Source: a virus (taxonomy: Duplodnaviria; Caudoviricetes). From it: a stretch of 64,000 nt of DNA. The position numbers and the translations under genes are program-made. The DNA lies in the IMG/VR virus record IMGVR_UViG_3300033075_001817, positions 853 to 64,852 of that record, one strand, 5' to 3'. Below are positions 43,662 to 52,225 of the stretch, piece by piece; position 1 is the first letter of the stretch, and the number at the start of each line of letters is the position of its first letter. The notes beneath the pieces were generated by a model. The model saw nothing but the letters and a program-made list of their open reading frames with translations, ran no database searches and had not been told where the DNA came from.

Positions 43662-46082
43662 ATGCCCCTCCCGTACACGCTCGGCTCGGGTCTCGCCGAG
43701 CCCAACGCCGCGGACTTCGCGCGCCGCATCCGCGCGATGCTCCCCGACGGCTACACGCGCGACGAGGACGGGCTCTTCTTCTACGAGCTCGAGGCGTGGG
43801 GCAAGGTCTTCGAGTACGTCCACAACATGCGTCGGCGCCTCCGCTCGAACATGAGCGCGCGGATGACGACCGAGCTGCTCGATGAGTGGGAGCGCGCGTT
43901 CTCGCTCGCGAGCGATGCGGTGCGCGACGACATCGCTCGTCAGCAACGGCTCGTCGCAGCGGAGAGCGCGCGCGGCGGAGCATCGGCCGATCGGATCGCG
44001 ACGGCGCTCGTGCAGATCGCGACGAGCGCACCGGTCGACATCGTGCCGATCACGCGCGCCGACGTCGTGCTCGCGGGGATGACCGCGACGAGCGAGGGCG
44101 CGCCGCTGATCTTCCAGCTGCTCGCGACGCTCAGCGAGTCGGACTGGAACGACAACGCGATCCGCCGCGCGCTCGCCACCATCATCGGCCGCATGGTCCC
44201 CGCGCGCGCGTGGGGTCAGGACGGCGCGAGCGTGCTCGACTCGATGGGCACCGCAGAGGCCCTGTGGGCGGGCACCGCGTTCCTCGGCCGCGCGTACATC
44301 GCGAGCGACGCAGCGGACGGCGCGAGCGATGCGCACGAGCTCCCTCCGTGCCGCTTGCGGTGGTACGGGCCCGGCTCGGTCCTGCGCGCGCGCGATCTGA
44401 ACGCGATCCAGGACGCCGTGCTGCGCTCCGCATGCCCCGCGACCGGGCCGACGCTCGTCGACATGGGCCAGAGCGGCCCCGGGCAGATCACGTGCGCGTT
44501 CTCTGCGCAGATCACGACCGGCACGAGCGCGGTCATCGACAACCGCGACTGGCGCGAGCGGCTCGGGCTCGTCGTGATCCGCTCGGTCGCGAGCGCGACG
44601 TTCGACATCCGCCCGGGCCAGAGCGGAGACAACAACTTCGCCGCGAGCGCGGTCCCGCTCTACGTGCGCCAGGTCTACTGGGGCCTCGGCGCGAACGCTC
44701 CGATCGCCTCGAACGACTACGTCTACACGCCGGTCGCGAACGTCTCGATCTACGCCGACTCTTCCAACGGCCGCCTCCGCATCGAGAACCAGACCGGCGC
44801 GACGATCTCGATCGCGGGCGTGATCAGCGCGATGGCCGATCAGTACGACGCGGTGACGAACACGCGCCGTGATGGCCGGCTCGTCTCGTTCACGGACGGT
44901 GACGACCTCACCGCTCTCTCGGCCGCCTTCTCCGCCACGCTCCGCGACCGCACGACGTGCGCGAAGGCGACCGGCGCGGACGCGGACGGCTGGGGCAACT
45001 ACGAGGGCGAGGGGCTGCGGCGCCTCATCGGCTACGTGACGAACGTCGCGCCGGGCACCTCGCGCCTCGTAGACGACTCGATGGACTGGCGCGATCGGAT
45101 GATCGTCGCGACGCACAGCGCGATCGATCTCGACGTCTGGACGTCCATCCCCTACACGGCCGCGGGCCCGATCGGCGCGACACCGATCGATCCCTCGACT
45201 GATCCGACGCCCGATCAGCTCACCGCGCCGCACAACACGAAGCTCCCCGCGGGGCTCGCCGTCTCGCTCGGCTACTCCGGCGTCGGATCGACCGCGACGA
45301 CCGTGGGCCCCTCGGTGCCGCTCTCTCCGAAGGCGCGGCTCTGGGTCGACGACTCGAACGGCTACCTCTGGATCACGCGCGACGCCGAGGCAGCGATCAA
45401 GCCGTGCACGTTCCTCCTGATGCTCGAGGCGACCGCAGCGCTCGGGCAGCGCACCACGCCCGATGCGTGGTCGAGCGCGGCGGGGAGCGACGGCACGAAG
45501 GTCGCGCCGTGGAAGCTCAACCGCGCGCAGGACCGCGCGATGATGGGCGTCGCATCCGCCTCGCATCCGATCGGCAAGAGCCGGCACGAGCACACGCGCC
45601 TCTCGCAACTGCGTGTCCCCGCGGCGCTCGCGCACCACGGGCTCGCGCTCACGCAGCAGCGCAGCTCCGTGGGCGACGTGCGCAGGGAGTTCGCGGTCTC
45701 GGTCGCGACGGGCGTGACGACCACGCTCGATGCGACCGTCGACTGGCGCGACCGCTACGCGCGGCTCTGCGCGTCCTACTCCACCGCGCACGACATCCGC
45801 CCCGGCAAGACCGACGACGAGCAGGCGAACTGGACCACGGGCGTCAGCTCCGTCGCGGTCGCGCGCTACACGGGCGGGAACGTCCTCATCGCATCGACCG
45901 GGGACAAGGACGTCGGCTACCGGCTCGTCGTGATCGTCGAAGGAACGGCGGGGCTCGACAACGGCCTGACCGTCTTCGCCGATCCGATCACCGGTGCGCT
46001 CAAGATCAAGAACGGCACGGCCTCGACCTACTACGTCAACGGCTGGATCGACGCGTCGGTGCAGCTCGGCATCCGCAGCTGA
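43662..46082 (+). CDS. Mu gp48/YmfQ-like wedge domain fused to three repeated modules
   Basis: RAMLPDGY...TTELLDEWER...RQQRL at the N-terminus; three DWR[DE]R-containing modules. Confidence 0.72.
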   Translation: MPLPYTLGSGLAEPNAADFARRIRAMLPDGYTRDEDGLFFYELEAWGKVFEYVHNMRRRLRSNMSARMTTELLDEWERAFSLASDAVRDDIARQQRLVAAESARGGASADRIATALVQIATSAPVDIVPITRADVVLAGMTATSEGAPLIFQLLATLSESDWNDNAIRRALATIIGRMVPARAWGQDGASVLDSMGTAEALWAGTAFLGRAYIASDAADGASDAHELPPCRLRWYGPGSVLRARDLNAIQDAVLRSACPATGPTLVDMGQSGPGQITCAFSAQITTGTSAVIDNRDWRERLGLVVIRSVASATFDIRPGQSGDNNFAASAVPLYVRQVYWGLGANAPIASNDYVYTPVANVSIYADSSNGRLRIENQTGATISIAGVISAMADQYDAVTNTRRDGRLVSFTDGDDLTALSAAFSATLRDRTTCAKATGADADGWGNYEGEGLRRLIGYVTNVAPGTSRLVDDSMDWRDRMIVATHSAIDLDVWTSIPYTAAGPIGATPIDPSTDPTPDQLTAPHNTKLPAGLAVSLGYSGVGSTATTVGPSVPLSPKARLWVDDSNGYLWITRDAEAAIKPCTFLLMLEATAALGQRTTPDAWSSAAGSDGTKVAPWKLNRAQDRAMMGVASASHPIGKSRHEHTRLSQLRVPAALAHHGLALTQQRSSVGDVRREFAVSVATGVTTTLDATVDWRDRYARLCASYSTAHDIRPGKTDDEQANWTTGVSSVAVARYTGGNVLIASTGDKDVGYRLVVIVEGTAGLDNGLTVFADPITGALKIKNGTASTYYVNGWIDASVQLGIRS

Positions 46083-46134
46083 TCGTCATGCAGTATGGCG
46101 GCGCGGGGGCGCGCGCTCCCAGAAAGGCGCTCCC

Positions 46135-46518
46135 GTGGTCCAGCTGATCCTCTCTCAGCCGGTCGCGTTCGCGGCTGTGCTTGGCGCGCTCGCGCTCATC
46201 CTCAACCGCGTCGCCGAGCTACTCAAGGTCGTCGCCGATCGCTTCGGCCCGCTGCTCGCCGCCGTCACCGACGCGATCCGCGCGTGGGCTCGGAAGACGA
46301 CCGACGAGCGCGAGTGCGCTGCGAAGCTCGCCGAGGCGATGCACCAGATCGAGGCGCTCCGCGCAGAGCTGCGCGAGCTGCGCGCCGAGGTGGAGAGCGG
46401 CGTCGCGCCCATCTCGAGCCCGACGCACGTCGTCGAGGTGAGCGCCGAGGAGCCCACCGGCGAGCAGCGACTTCCCGCGGGGGTCCCGCCCCTGCCGCAG
46501 AGGAGAACGAACCGATGA
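46135..46518 (+). CDS. TM plus coiled-coil protein (i-spanin- or holin-like)
   Basis: N-terminal hydrophobic helix, then LAEAMHQIEALRAELRELRAEVE; RBS AGAAAGG. Confidence 0.55.
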   Translation: MVQLILSQPVAFAAVLGALALILNRVAELLKVVADRFGPLLAAVTDAIRAWARKTTDERECAAKLAEAMHQIEALRAELRELRAEVESGVAPISSPTHVVEVSAEEPTGEQRLPAGVPPLPQRRTNR

Positions 46519-47267
46519 AGAAGTGGATCGAGAGCTGGACCATCCCGCAGGCGGTCATCGCCGGCATCTCGCTCGTGTGCGTCACGGCGCTCGCGATCGT
46601 CATCACGCTCGAGGACGACTGGGGGAAGCTGGTGCGCTGGCTCAGCTCCGGCGAGGCCATCGCGCTCGTGGGCTCTCTCGCGACACTGCTCGCCGTCATC
46701 TACGACCGCGCCCGCAAGCTCCCTCCGCCTCCGAAGCGGTCCGAGAGCACCACGCCTCCCCGCTCCTCGGAGGGCGGCTACGCGCTCGTCGAGGTGATGC
46801 TGGCGATCTGCTTCGTCGGCGCGGCCGTGCTGCTCCTGCACGGATGCGGGCAGACCACGCCCGTCGCGCAGCAGGCCGCCGCGGTGGACGTGGCCGCGAC
46901 CTTCGTCTCCGGCGTCGGCGATGGCGTGAGCCAGGCCGCCGCGTACGACGCGCAGCGCACGTGCCCGCACGGCTCCGATCCGGCCTGCCTCGATCCCGTC
47001 TTCGCGCGCTGGGCCCCCGTCGACGCGGCGCTCTCCGCTGCGCGCTCGGCTCTCCAGCTCTGGCTCACCGCCGACCGCATCGCCGCCGCTGCGAACGAAG
47101 ATCCGATCGCCGCGTGCCTCGACGAGATCGACGACTTCGCGCGCGCGCTGCTCGATGCGCTCCACGCCGCTCGGCTGCTCGGCGCCGCGGTGCCCGACGT
47201 CCCGCCGCTGATCTGCGCCCTGCCGGGCGTGCCCGCGGATCTCTGCACCTCCGGAGGTGAGTCGTGA
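46515..47267 (+). CDS. Holin-like membrane protein with internal prepilin-cleavage motif and lipobox
   Basis: Two TM helices, basic Pro-rich linker, G88|YALVE93VMLAICFVG, LLHG-C111, helical C-terminal domain. Confidence 0.65.
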   Translation: MKKWIESWTIPQAVIAGISLVCVTALAIVITLEDDWGKLVRWLSSGEAIALVGSLATLLAVIYDRARKLPPPPKRSESTTPPRSSEGGYALVEVMLAICFVGAAVLLLHGCGQTTPVAQQAAAVDVAATFVSGVGDGVSQAAAYDAQRTCPHGSDPACLDPVFARWAPVDAALSAARSALQLWLTADRIAAAANEDPIAACLDEIDDFARALLDALHAARLLGAAVPDVPPLICALPGVPADLCTSGGES

Positions 47268-47632
47268 TCGGCGACGAGAAGATCGTCGAAGCGTGCGCGC
47301 GCGCCGCTCACGAAGCGAACCGCGCCTACTGCATCGCGCTCGGAGACCTCTCGCAGCCGTCGTGGGATGACGCGCCCGAGTGGCAGCGATCGAGCGCGCG
47401 CAACGGCGTCCGCGGTGCTCTCGCCGGCAACACGCCCGAGCAGTCGCACGAGTCGTGGATCGCCGAGAAGGCCGCGACGGGCTGGAAGTTCGGGCCCGTG
47501 AAGGACCCGGAGAAGAAGGAACACCCGTGCTTCGTGCCGTACGCCGACCTCCCGCCGGCGCAGAGGGCGAAGGACGGAATCTTCATCAGCGTCGTCCGAG
47601 CGATCGGCGCCGCGCTCGGAGGTGAGTCGTGA
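47264..47632 (+). CDS. RyR-domain protein
   Basis: TPEQSHESWIAEKAATGWKFGPVKDPEKKEHPCFVPYADLP..QRAKD. Confidence 0.88.
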   Translation: MIGDEKIVEACARAAHEANRAYCIALGDLSQPSWDDAPEWQRSSARNGVRGALAGNTPEQSHESWIAEKAATGWKFGPVKDPEKKEHPCFVPYADLPPAQRAKDGIFISVVRAIGAALGGES

Positions 47633-47826
47633 TCGGCACCATCGTCGTCCAGGCCCTCAACATCATCGCCGCGATCGCCCCCGGGCTGCTCGCCGCGATG
47701 ACCAACCACACGAGCGACGCGGACGCCATCGCTCACGCCCAGCGCACGATCGACGAGATCCCGCACGACCCGGCGCGGACCGCGATCGAGAAGTGGAAGC
47801 ACGCGCTCGAGCAGTCGCGGCGATGA
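47629..47826 (+). CDS. Small amphipathic/membrane protein
   Basis: Hydrophobic N-terminus; coupled overlap. Confidence 0.55.
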   Translation: MIGTIVVQALNIIAAIAPGLLAAMTNHTSDADAIAHAQRTIDEIPHDPARTAIEKWKHALEQSRR

Positions 47827-48152
47827 TCCGGAACTACCCGTGCGCCTGCCGGTGGTGCGCCGGCACGACCGCGGTCACGTACCGGAACGGATCGACCGTC
47901 TCGACTTCGGCCTACGCGAACTGCATCACGATCGGTGCCGCACCGTCGCCCGCGCCCGAGCCGCTCCGCTACTTCCGCGACGCGCTCCCCGTCTCGCATC
48001 TGCTCGCCGAGCAGGCCGAGCGCGAGCGCGCCGATCAGGCGAAGGCGCGCAGCAACGCTCAGCGCGCGCTCCGGCTCGTCTCGGGCCGCCGCGTGGCCGA
48101 GCAGCGCGCCGCGCTCTCCGTGCGGGCCTCGGCGCTCCGGAGGGCGGCGTGA
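47823..48152 (+). CDS. Hypothetical protein
   Basis: CACRWC; coupled overlap. Confidence 0.45.
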   Translation: MIRNYPCACRWCAGTTAVTYRNGSTVSTSAYANCITIGAAPSPAPEPLRYFRDALPVSHLLAEQAERERADQAKARSNAQRALRLVSGRRVAEQRAALSVRASALRRAA

Positions 48153-48490
48153 AGCCGCAGCGCGCGCAGCGGCTCGAGCGGCTCGTCGACGCGGCCCCGA
48201 AGTACGTCTACGAGGCAGGCGCCTCGGCGCGCGCGGGGATCTCCTTCGACTGCCCGATCCACGGCGACGGGTGCCGTGTCGCCGTCCCGTTCGCGAACCC
48301 GCCAGACGGGCCGCCCGGAGCATGGGCCGCGAGCCGCGAAGGAGGCTGGCATCGCGACGGCGACTCGTTCGAGGCGATGACGCTCTCACCGTCGATCCAC
48401 GTGACCGGCGAGAAGCACGGTCCCGATCGCTGCGAGTGGCACGGCTTCATCCGCGCCGGCCGCTTCGAGCACTGCGACGACTCGCGCTGA
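48149..48490 (+). CDS. DUF6527-like protein
   Basis: FDCP...TLSPSIH...CEWHGFIRAG. Confidence 0.65.
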   Translation: MKPQRAQRLERLVDAAPKYVYEAGASARAGISFDCPIHGDGCRVAVPFANPPDGPPGAWAASREGGWHRDGDSFEAMTLSPSIHVTGEKHGPDRCEWHGFIRAGRFEHCDDSR

Positions 48491-48539
48491 GCACCGCTCG
48501 CGCCCCACACCGTTTCCCGATCTCGAAAGGACGTGACCG

Positions 48540-48935
48540 ATGGCTCTTCTCGTGCCCGACAAGGGGGAGCGCGCGCTCCTCGATATGATGCTCTCGGACG
48601 CGTCGCCGAACGCGCAGGTGCTCCGCCTCTACACGGCGCTCGCGTCGCTCACCGAGTCGACCGTCGAGAGCGACTTCACCGAGGCGACCTTCACGGGCTA
48701 CAGCACGAAGGCCCTCGCGCGCGCGACGTGGAACGCGGCGAGCACGAGCACGGGCACCACGACGAAGACCTACCCGGGTCAGACGTGGTCGCCGACGAGC
48801 TCTCAGACCGTGCTCGGCTACTACGTCACCGAGGCGACCGCGGGCGACATCCTCTGGGCGGAGGCGTTCGCGTCGAGCCGCGCCTTGGTCAGCGGCGACA
48901 CGCTCACCGTGAACCTCTCGATCGAGCTCCAGTGA
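48540..48935 (+). CDS. Virion appendage/fibre base protein (putative)
   Basis: VPDKGERALL...LRLY...EATFTGY...LGYYV...ILWAE..ASSRAL..GD.L.V; RBS GAAAGG. Confidence 0.65.
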   Translation: MALLVPDKGERALLDMMLSDASPNAQVLRLYTALASLTESTVESDFTEATFTGYSTKALARATWNAASTSTGTTTKTYPGQTWSPTSSQTVLGYYVTEATAGDILWAEAFASSRALVSGDTLTVNLSIELQ

Positions 48936-49177
48936 GCGGGCTCTCTCGGCTCCTCGCGCAGGCCACGATCCTGCACGTCGAGCAGTGGCGCACGTGCCCG
49001 GACTGCTCCGGGCGCGGCGAGCACCACAAGCCCCTGCCCGTGCCCGGCGGCGCGATCGCTCCTCGCACCGTCGTGGCGCGCATCCAGTGCGGCCGGTGCA
49101 AGGGCGCGGGCCGACTTCTCATCGGCGAAGAGCACCGCGAGCGCGGCAAGCACTTCGCGCGCGACTACTCCCGCTGA
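48932..49177 (+). CDS. Small Zn-finger protein
   Basis: CPDCSGRG and CGRCKGAG. Confidence 0.55.
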   Translation: MSGLSRLLAQATILHVEQWRTCPDCSGRGEHHKPLPVPGGAIAPRTVVARIQCGRCKGAGRLLIGEEHRERGKHFARDYSR

Positions 49178-49186
49178 GGTCTATCG

Positions 49187-50533
49187 ATGCTGAATCTCGC
49201 AGCGAGCACGAGCGCGAACGTCTCCGTCGTCACGTCCGCGTCCGGCACCGTCAAGGTCGCGTGTTCCTACGTCGACTTCGCCTCGGGGACCGTGACGCCC
49301 GGCGCTGCGGCGAATCTCTCGATCTCGACTAACACCACGACGCAGATCGTCGCGGGCGCGACGTCGACCACGCGCAACGTCAAGACGCTCTCGATCCGCA
49401 ACGACCACGCGAGTGTCTCGAACACGATCGAAGTGACGATGACGGACGGATCCGTCCCCGTCACGCTGTGGAAGGGGACGCTGCTCCCCGGTGAGTCGGT
49501 CGTCTACCTCGACGGCGTCGGCTGGACGCAGCTCACCGCGGGCGGCATCCCCTACGTGTCGTCGACGACGGGGCAGGTCGACGCCCAGACGTTCACCGGA
49601 AACGGGACGTGGACGAAGCCGACCGCGTTCGCCCCGAAGGTCGTCTTCGTGAAGATGTGGGGCGCTGGCGGTGGTGGCGGCGCTGGCGCATCGCTCGCGA
49701 CTGCCGTCGTCGCGAAGGGCGGGGCAGGAGGCGGCGGCGGCGCCTTCCTGCGCGAGACGTACCTCGCGAGCGACCTGCCTTCGACCGTCTCCGTCACGGT
49801 CGGCACCGGCGGCGCCGCGGGCGCTCCGGGAGCGGCTGGTGCGGCCGGCGGCGCGGGCGGCATCGGCGGCTCGTCATCGTTCGGCACGTTCGCCGTCGCG
49901 TACGGTGGCGGCGGCGGAGCGGGCGGAGCGATCTCGGCCGCCGCGAGCGGTGGTGGCGGCGGTGGCGGCACGGGCGGAGCGGGGACGTCTGGCACGACGG
50001 CGGTGGGCCAGGGCGGCAACCCGGGTGTCAACGGAGCGAAGGGCGTCACCGGTGTCGGCGGCGGCACCGGTAGCGACGGGCCGATCACGGTCGTCACCAC
50101 GCACAACGCCGAATTCGGCGGCGGCGGCGGAGGCGGATCGACCGCGACGCCCACGAGCTGCGTAGGCGGCGGCTCGCTCTACGGTGGCGGTGGCGGTGGC
50201 ACGGGCGGGCACCACAACGCGACGCCCGCGATCGTCGCGGGCACGGCCGCGGGCGTGAGCGGCACGTACGCAGCGGGCACCGGCGCAGCGAAGGGCACCG
50301 ACGGCGCGAGCCCGACCGCGGGATCGAACGGCGCGGACGGCAACAGCACGGCCGGCGGCGGCGGTGGTGGCGGTGGTGGCACGACCGTCACGGCGAGCAC
50401 CGCGGGCGCGGCAGGCGGGGCCGGCGGCGCGCAGGGTGGTGGCGGCGGCGGCGGTGGCTGCGGCATGAACCCGGGCCTCGGCGGGGCGGGCGGGGCGGGC
50501 GGGCGCGGGCACGTGATCGTCATCAGCTGGTGA
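49187..50533 (+). CDS. Glycine-rich fibre-like protein
   Basis: QTFTGNGTWTKP...VKMWGAGGGGG...GGAGGRGHVIVISW. Confidence 0.8.
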   Translation: MLNLAASTSANVSVVTSASGTVKVACSYVDFASGTVTPGAAANLSISTNTTTQIVAGATSTTRNVKTLSIRNDHASVSNTIEVTMTDGSVPVTLWKGTLLPGESVVYLDGVGWTQLTAGGIPYVSSTTGQVDAQTFTGNGTWTKPTAFAPKVVFVKMWGAGGGGGAGASLATAVVAKGGAGGGGGAFLRETYLASDLPSTVSVTVGTGGAAGAPGAAGAAGGAGGIGGSSSFGTFAVAYGGGGGAGGAISAAASGGGGGGGTGGAGTSGTTAVGQGGNPGVNGAKGVTGVGGGTGSDGPITVVTTHNAEFGGGGGGGSTATPTSCVGGGSLYGGGGGGTGGHHNATPAIVAGTAAGVSGTYAAGTGAAKGTDGASPTAGSNGADGNSTAGGGGGGGGGTTVTASTAGAAGGAGGAQGGGGGGGGCGMNPGLGGAGGAGGRGHVIVISW

Positions 50534-50541
50534 GGTGAGCC

Positions 50542-51669
50542 GTGGCGAAGCTCGGCCTCTTCGACCGCGACCTGCCGGCGCGCGGTCTCTTCGATGCCGA
50601 TCTCGCCGATCGCGGCCTGTTCGATCCGGATCTCGCGACCGAATCGAGCGGCAACGCATACACCGAGACCGCGTCCGGATCTGTCACCGCGACCGGCACC
50701 GCATCGCAGACGCTCGCGAGCACGCGGACGAGCAGCGGGGCGATCGTCTCGGCCGGCGCCGCAACGCACACGCAAGCCGAGCTGCAGGCCGGGTCGGGCG
50801 GCGCAGCGCTCACGGGCTCCGGCGCTCCCGTCCTCGCGATCACCGTCACGAGCAGCGGCGCCGCGGTCATCGCCGGCACGGCAACGTCGTCGCTCGGCGT
50901 CACGGGCTCGGGCGCCACGGTCGTCACGGGCACGGGTAGCAGCGCCCAGCTCCACACGCAGACGGGGAGCGGCGCAGCGGCCCTCACCGGCAGCGCGACC
51001 GTCACGAAGGCCTCGAGCCTCACCGCATCGGGCGCGGCGGTCGTTGCCGGCACGGGAGCGGTCAGCCGGGCGCAGACCGAGACGGCAGCGGGCGCCGCCG
51101 CTCTGGCGGGCTCCGCGTCGGTCTCGAAGGCCTCGGCGATCACCGCGAGCGGCGCAGCGACGACCGCGGGCGCAGCGACGCAGACGGTCGCCAGCAGCCG
51201 CGCGGGCACGGGCGCGGCGGCCCTCGCAGGAAGCGCTACGGCGCCCCTCTCCGCCTCCATCTCGGGAGCGGGCAGCGTCGCCACGTCCGGGTCGGCCGGC
51301 GCCTCCCTGGGCATCGTCGCGACGTCCTCGGGCGGGATGCTCGTTGCCGGCGCTGCGACGGACGTCCACGGGCACGGGGTCGAGTACGTCGAGACGGGGA
51401 GCGGCGTCGCCGCCCTCCTCGGCTCGGGCACGGTCTCGCGCGGTCAGGTCGAGACGTCCTCGGGGCGGATCGTGCTCACCGGCGGCTGGCCGTACTCCAC
51501 GGGCCCGGGCGTCGATCACAGCACCACGATCGCCGCGGAGCTGCGCACCGTCACCATCGAGGGCGAGGAGCGCACCGTCGCGATCGCCATCGAGTCGCGC
51601 ACCGCGACCATCCGCGCAGAAGCGCGCTCGACCGTCATCGCCGTCGAGGAGAGGAGCGTCACCGTATGA
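50542..51669 (+). CDS. Thr/Ala/Ser/Gly-rich repeat structural protein
   Basis: Three GLFDxDL repeats followed by quasi-periodic SG.A...G.A segments. Confidence 0.7.
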   Translation: MAKLGLFDRDLPARGLFDADLADRGLFDPDLATESSGNAYTETASGSVTATGTASQTLASTRTSSGAIVSAGAATHTQAELQAGSGGAALTGSGAPVLAITVTSSGAAVIAGTATSSLGVTGSGATVVTGTGSSAQLHTQTGSGAAALTGSATVTKASSLTASGAAVVAGTGAVSRAQTETAAGAAALAGSASVSKASAITASGAATTAGAATQTVASSRAGTGAAALAGSATAPLSASISGAGSVATSGSAGASLGIVATSSGGMLVAGAATDVHGHGVEYVETGSGVAALLGSGTVSRGQVETSSGRIVLTGGWPYSTGPGVDHSTTIAAELRTVTIEGEERTVAIAIESRTATIRAEARSTVIAVEERSVTV

Positions 51670-51944
51670 GGCACGTCGCGTCGTGGCCCCACACCCCCGG
51701 GGCGAGCCGGACCTACGAGCTCGTCTGGACCGAGGCTGCCACCGATCCGATCGTCTCCGAGACGTTCGAGGTGGTCGATGGCTCGGGCGTCACCGTCGCC
51801 GCCGCGCTGCCCGATGGTACGAAGCGCCGCTTCCGGGCCGATGGCGGGACGGACGGGACGCAGATCTACGTGCGGCACTCCGTTGTCTTCACGAGCGGCG
51901 ACGAGGATTCCCGCGTCGTGCGGCTCGTCGTCGGCGACCGATGA
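51666..51944 (+). CDS. Small fibre-adaptor-like protein
   Basis: P.ASRTYELVW...GGTDG..YVRHSVVFTSG.EDSR. Confidence 0.55.
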   Translation: MRHVASWPHTPGASRTYELVWTEAATDPIVSETFEVVDGSGVTVAAALPDGTKRRFRADGGTDGTQIYVRHSVVFTSGDEDSRVVRLVVGDR

Positions 51945-52225
51945 CCAGCTCGGACGAGCTGCGGGCCGCGATCGCCATCGTCGATCGCTACCTCGCCGAG
52001 CACGATCCGGGCGGCGCTGCCCAGACCGCGTGGACGCTCTGCCGCGGTGAGCTGCGGCGCCGTCGATCGCAGAGCGAGCGCTCGCTCCCCGCCGCTGCCC
52101 GAGCCGCACAGCTCGCCGCTCAGCTCGCCGAGAAGGGCAGCACCGAGGATGTCCGCGCGATCGGCCAGTCGATCCTCGACTCGCTCCGCACGGTCGCAGT
52201 CGCACCACCGGAGGACACGAGATGA
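51941..52225 (+). CDS. Hypothetical protein
   Basis: Coupled overlap. Confidence 0.5.
   Translation: MTSSDELRAAIAIVDRYLAEHDPGGAAQTAWTLCRGELRRRRSQSERSLPAAARAAQLAAQLAEKGSTEDVRAIGQSILDSLRTVAVAPPEDTR

Noticed and set aside
48932-49177. DnaJ chaperone
   Set aside because: Only two CxxCxGxG motifs and no J-domain or HPD; a small phage Zn-finger.
49600-50520. GGC/GGT tandem repeats as a VNTR
   Set aside because: They encode Gly runs of the fibre protein with mixed synonymous codons.
39915-51944. Diversity-generating retroelement or invertible fibre cassette
   Set aside because: No reverse transcriptase, no template/variable repeat pair, no invertase or long inverted repeats seen.
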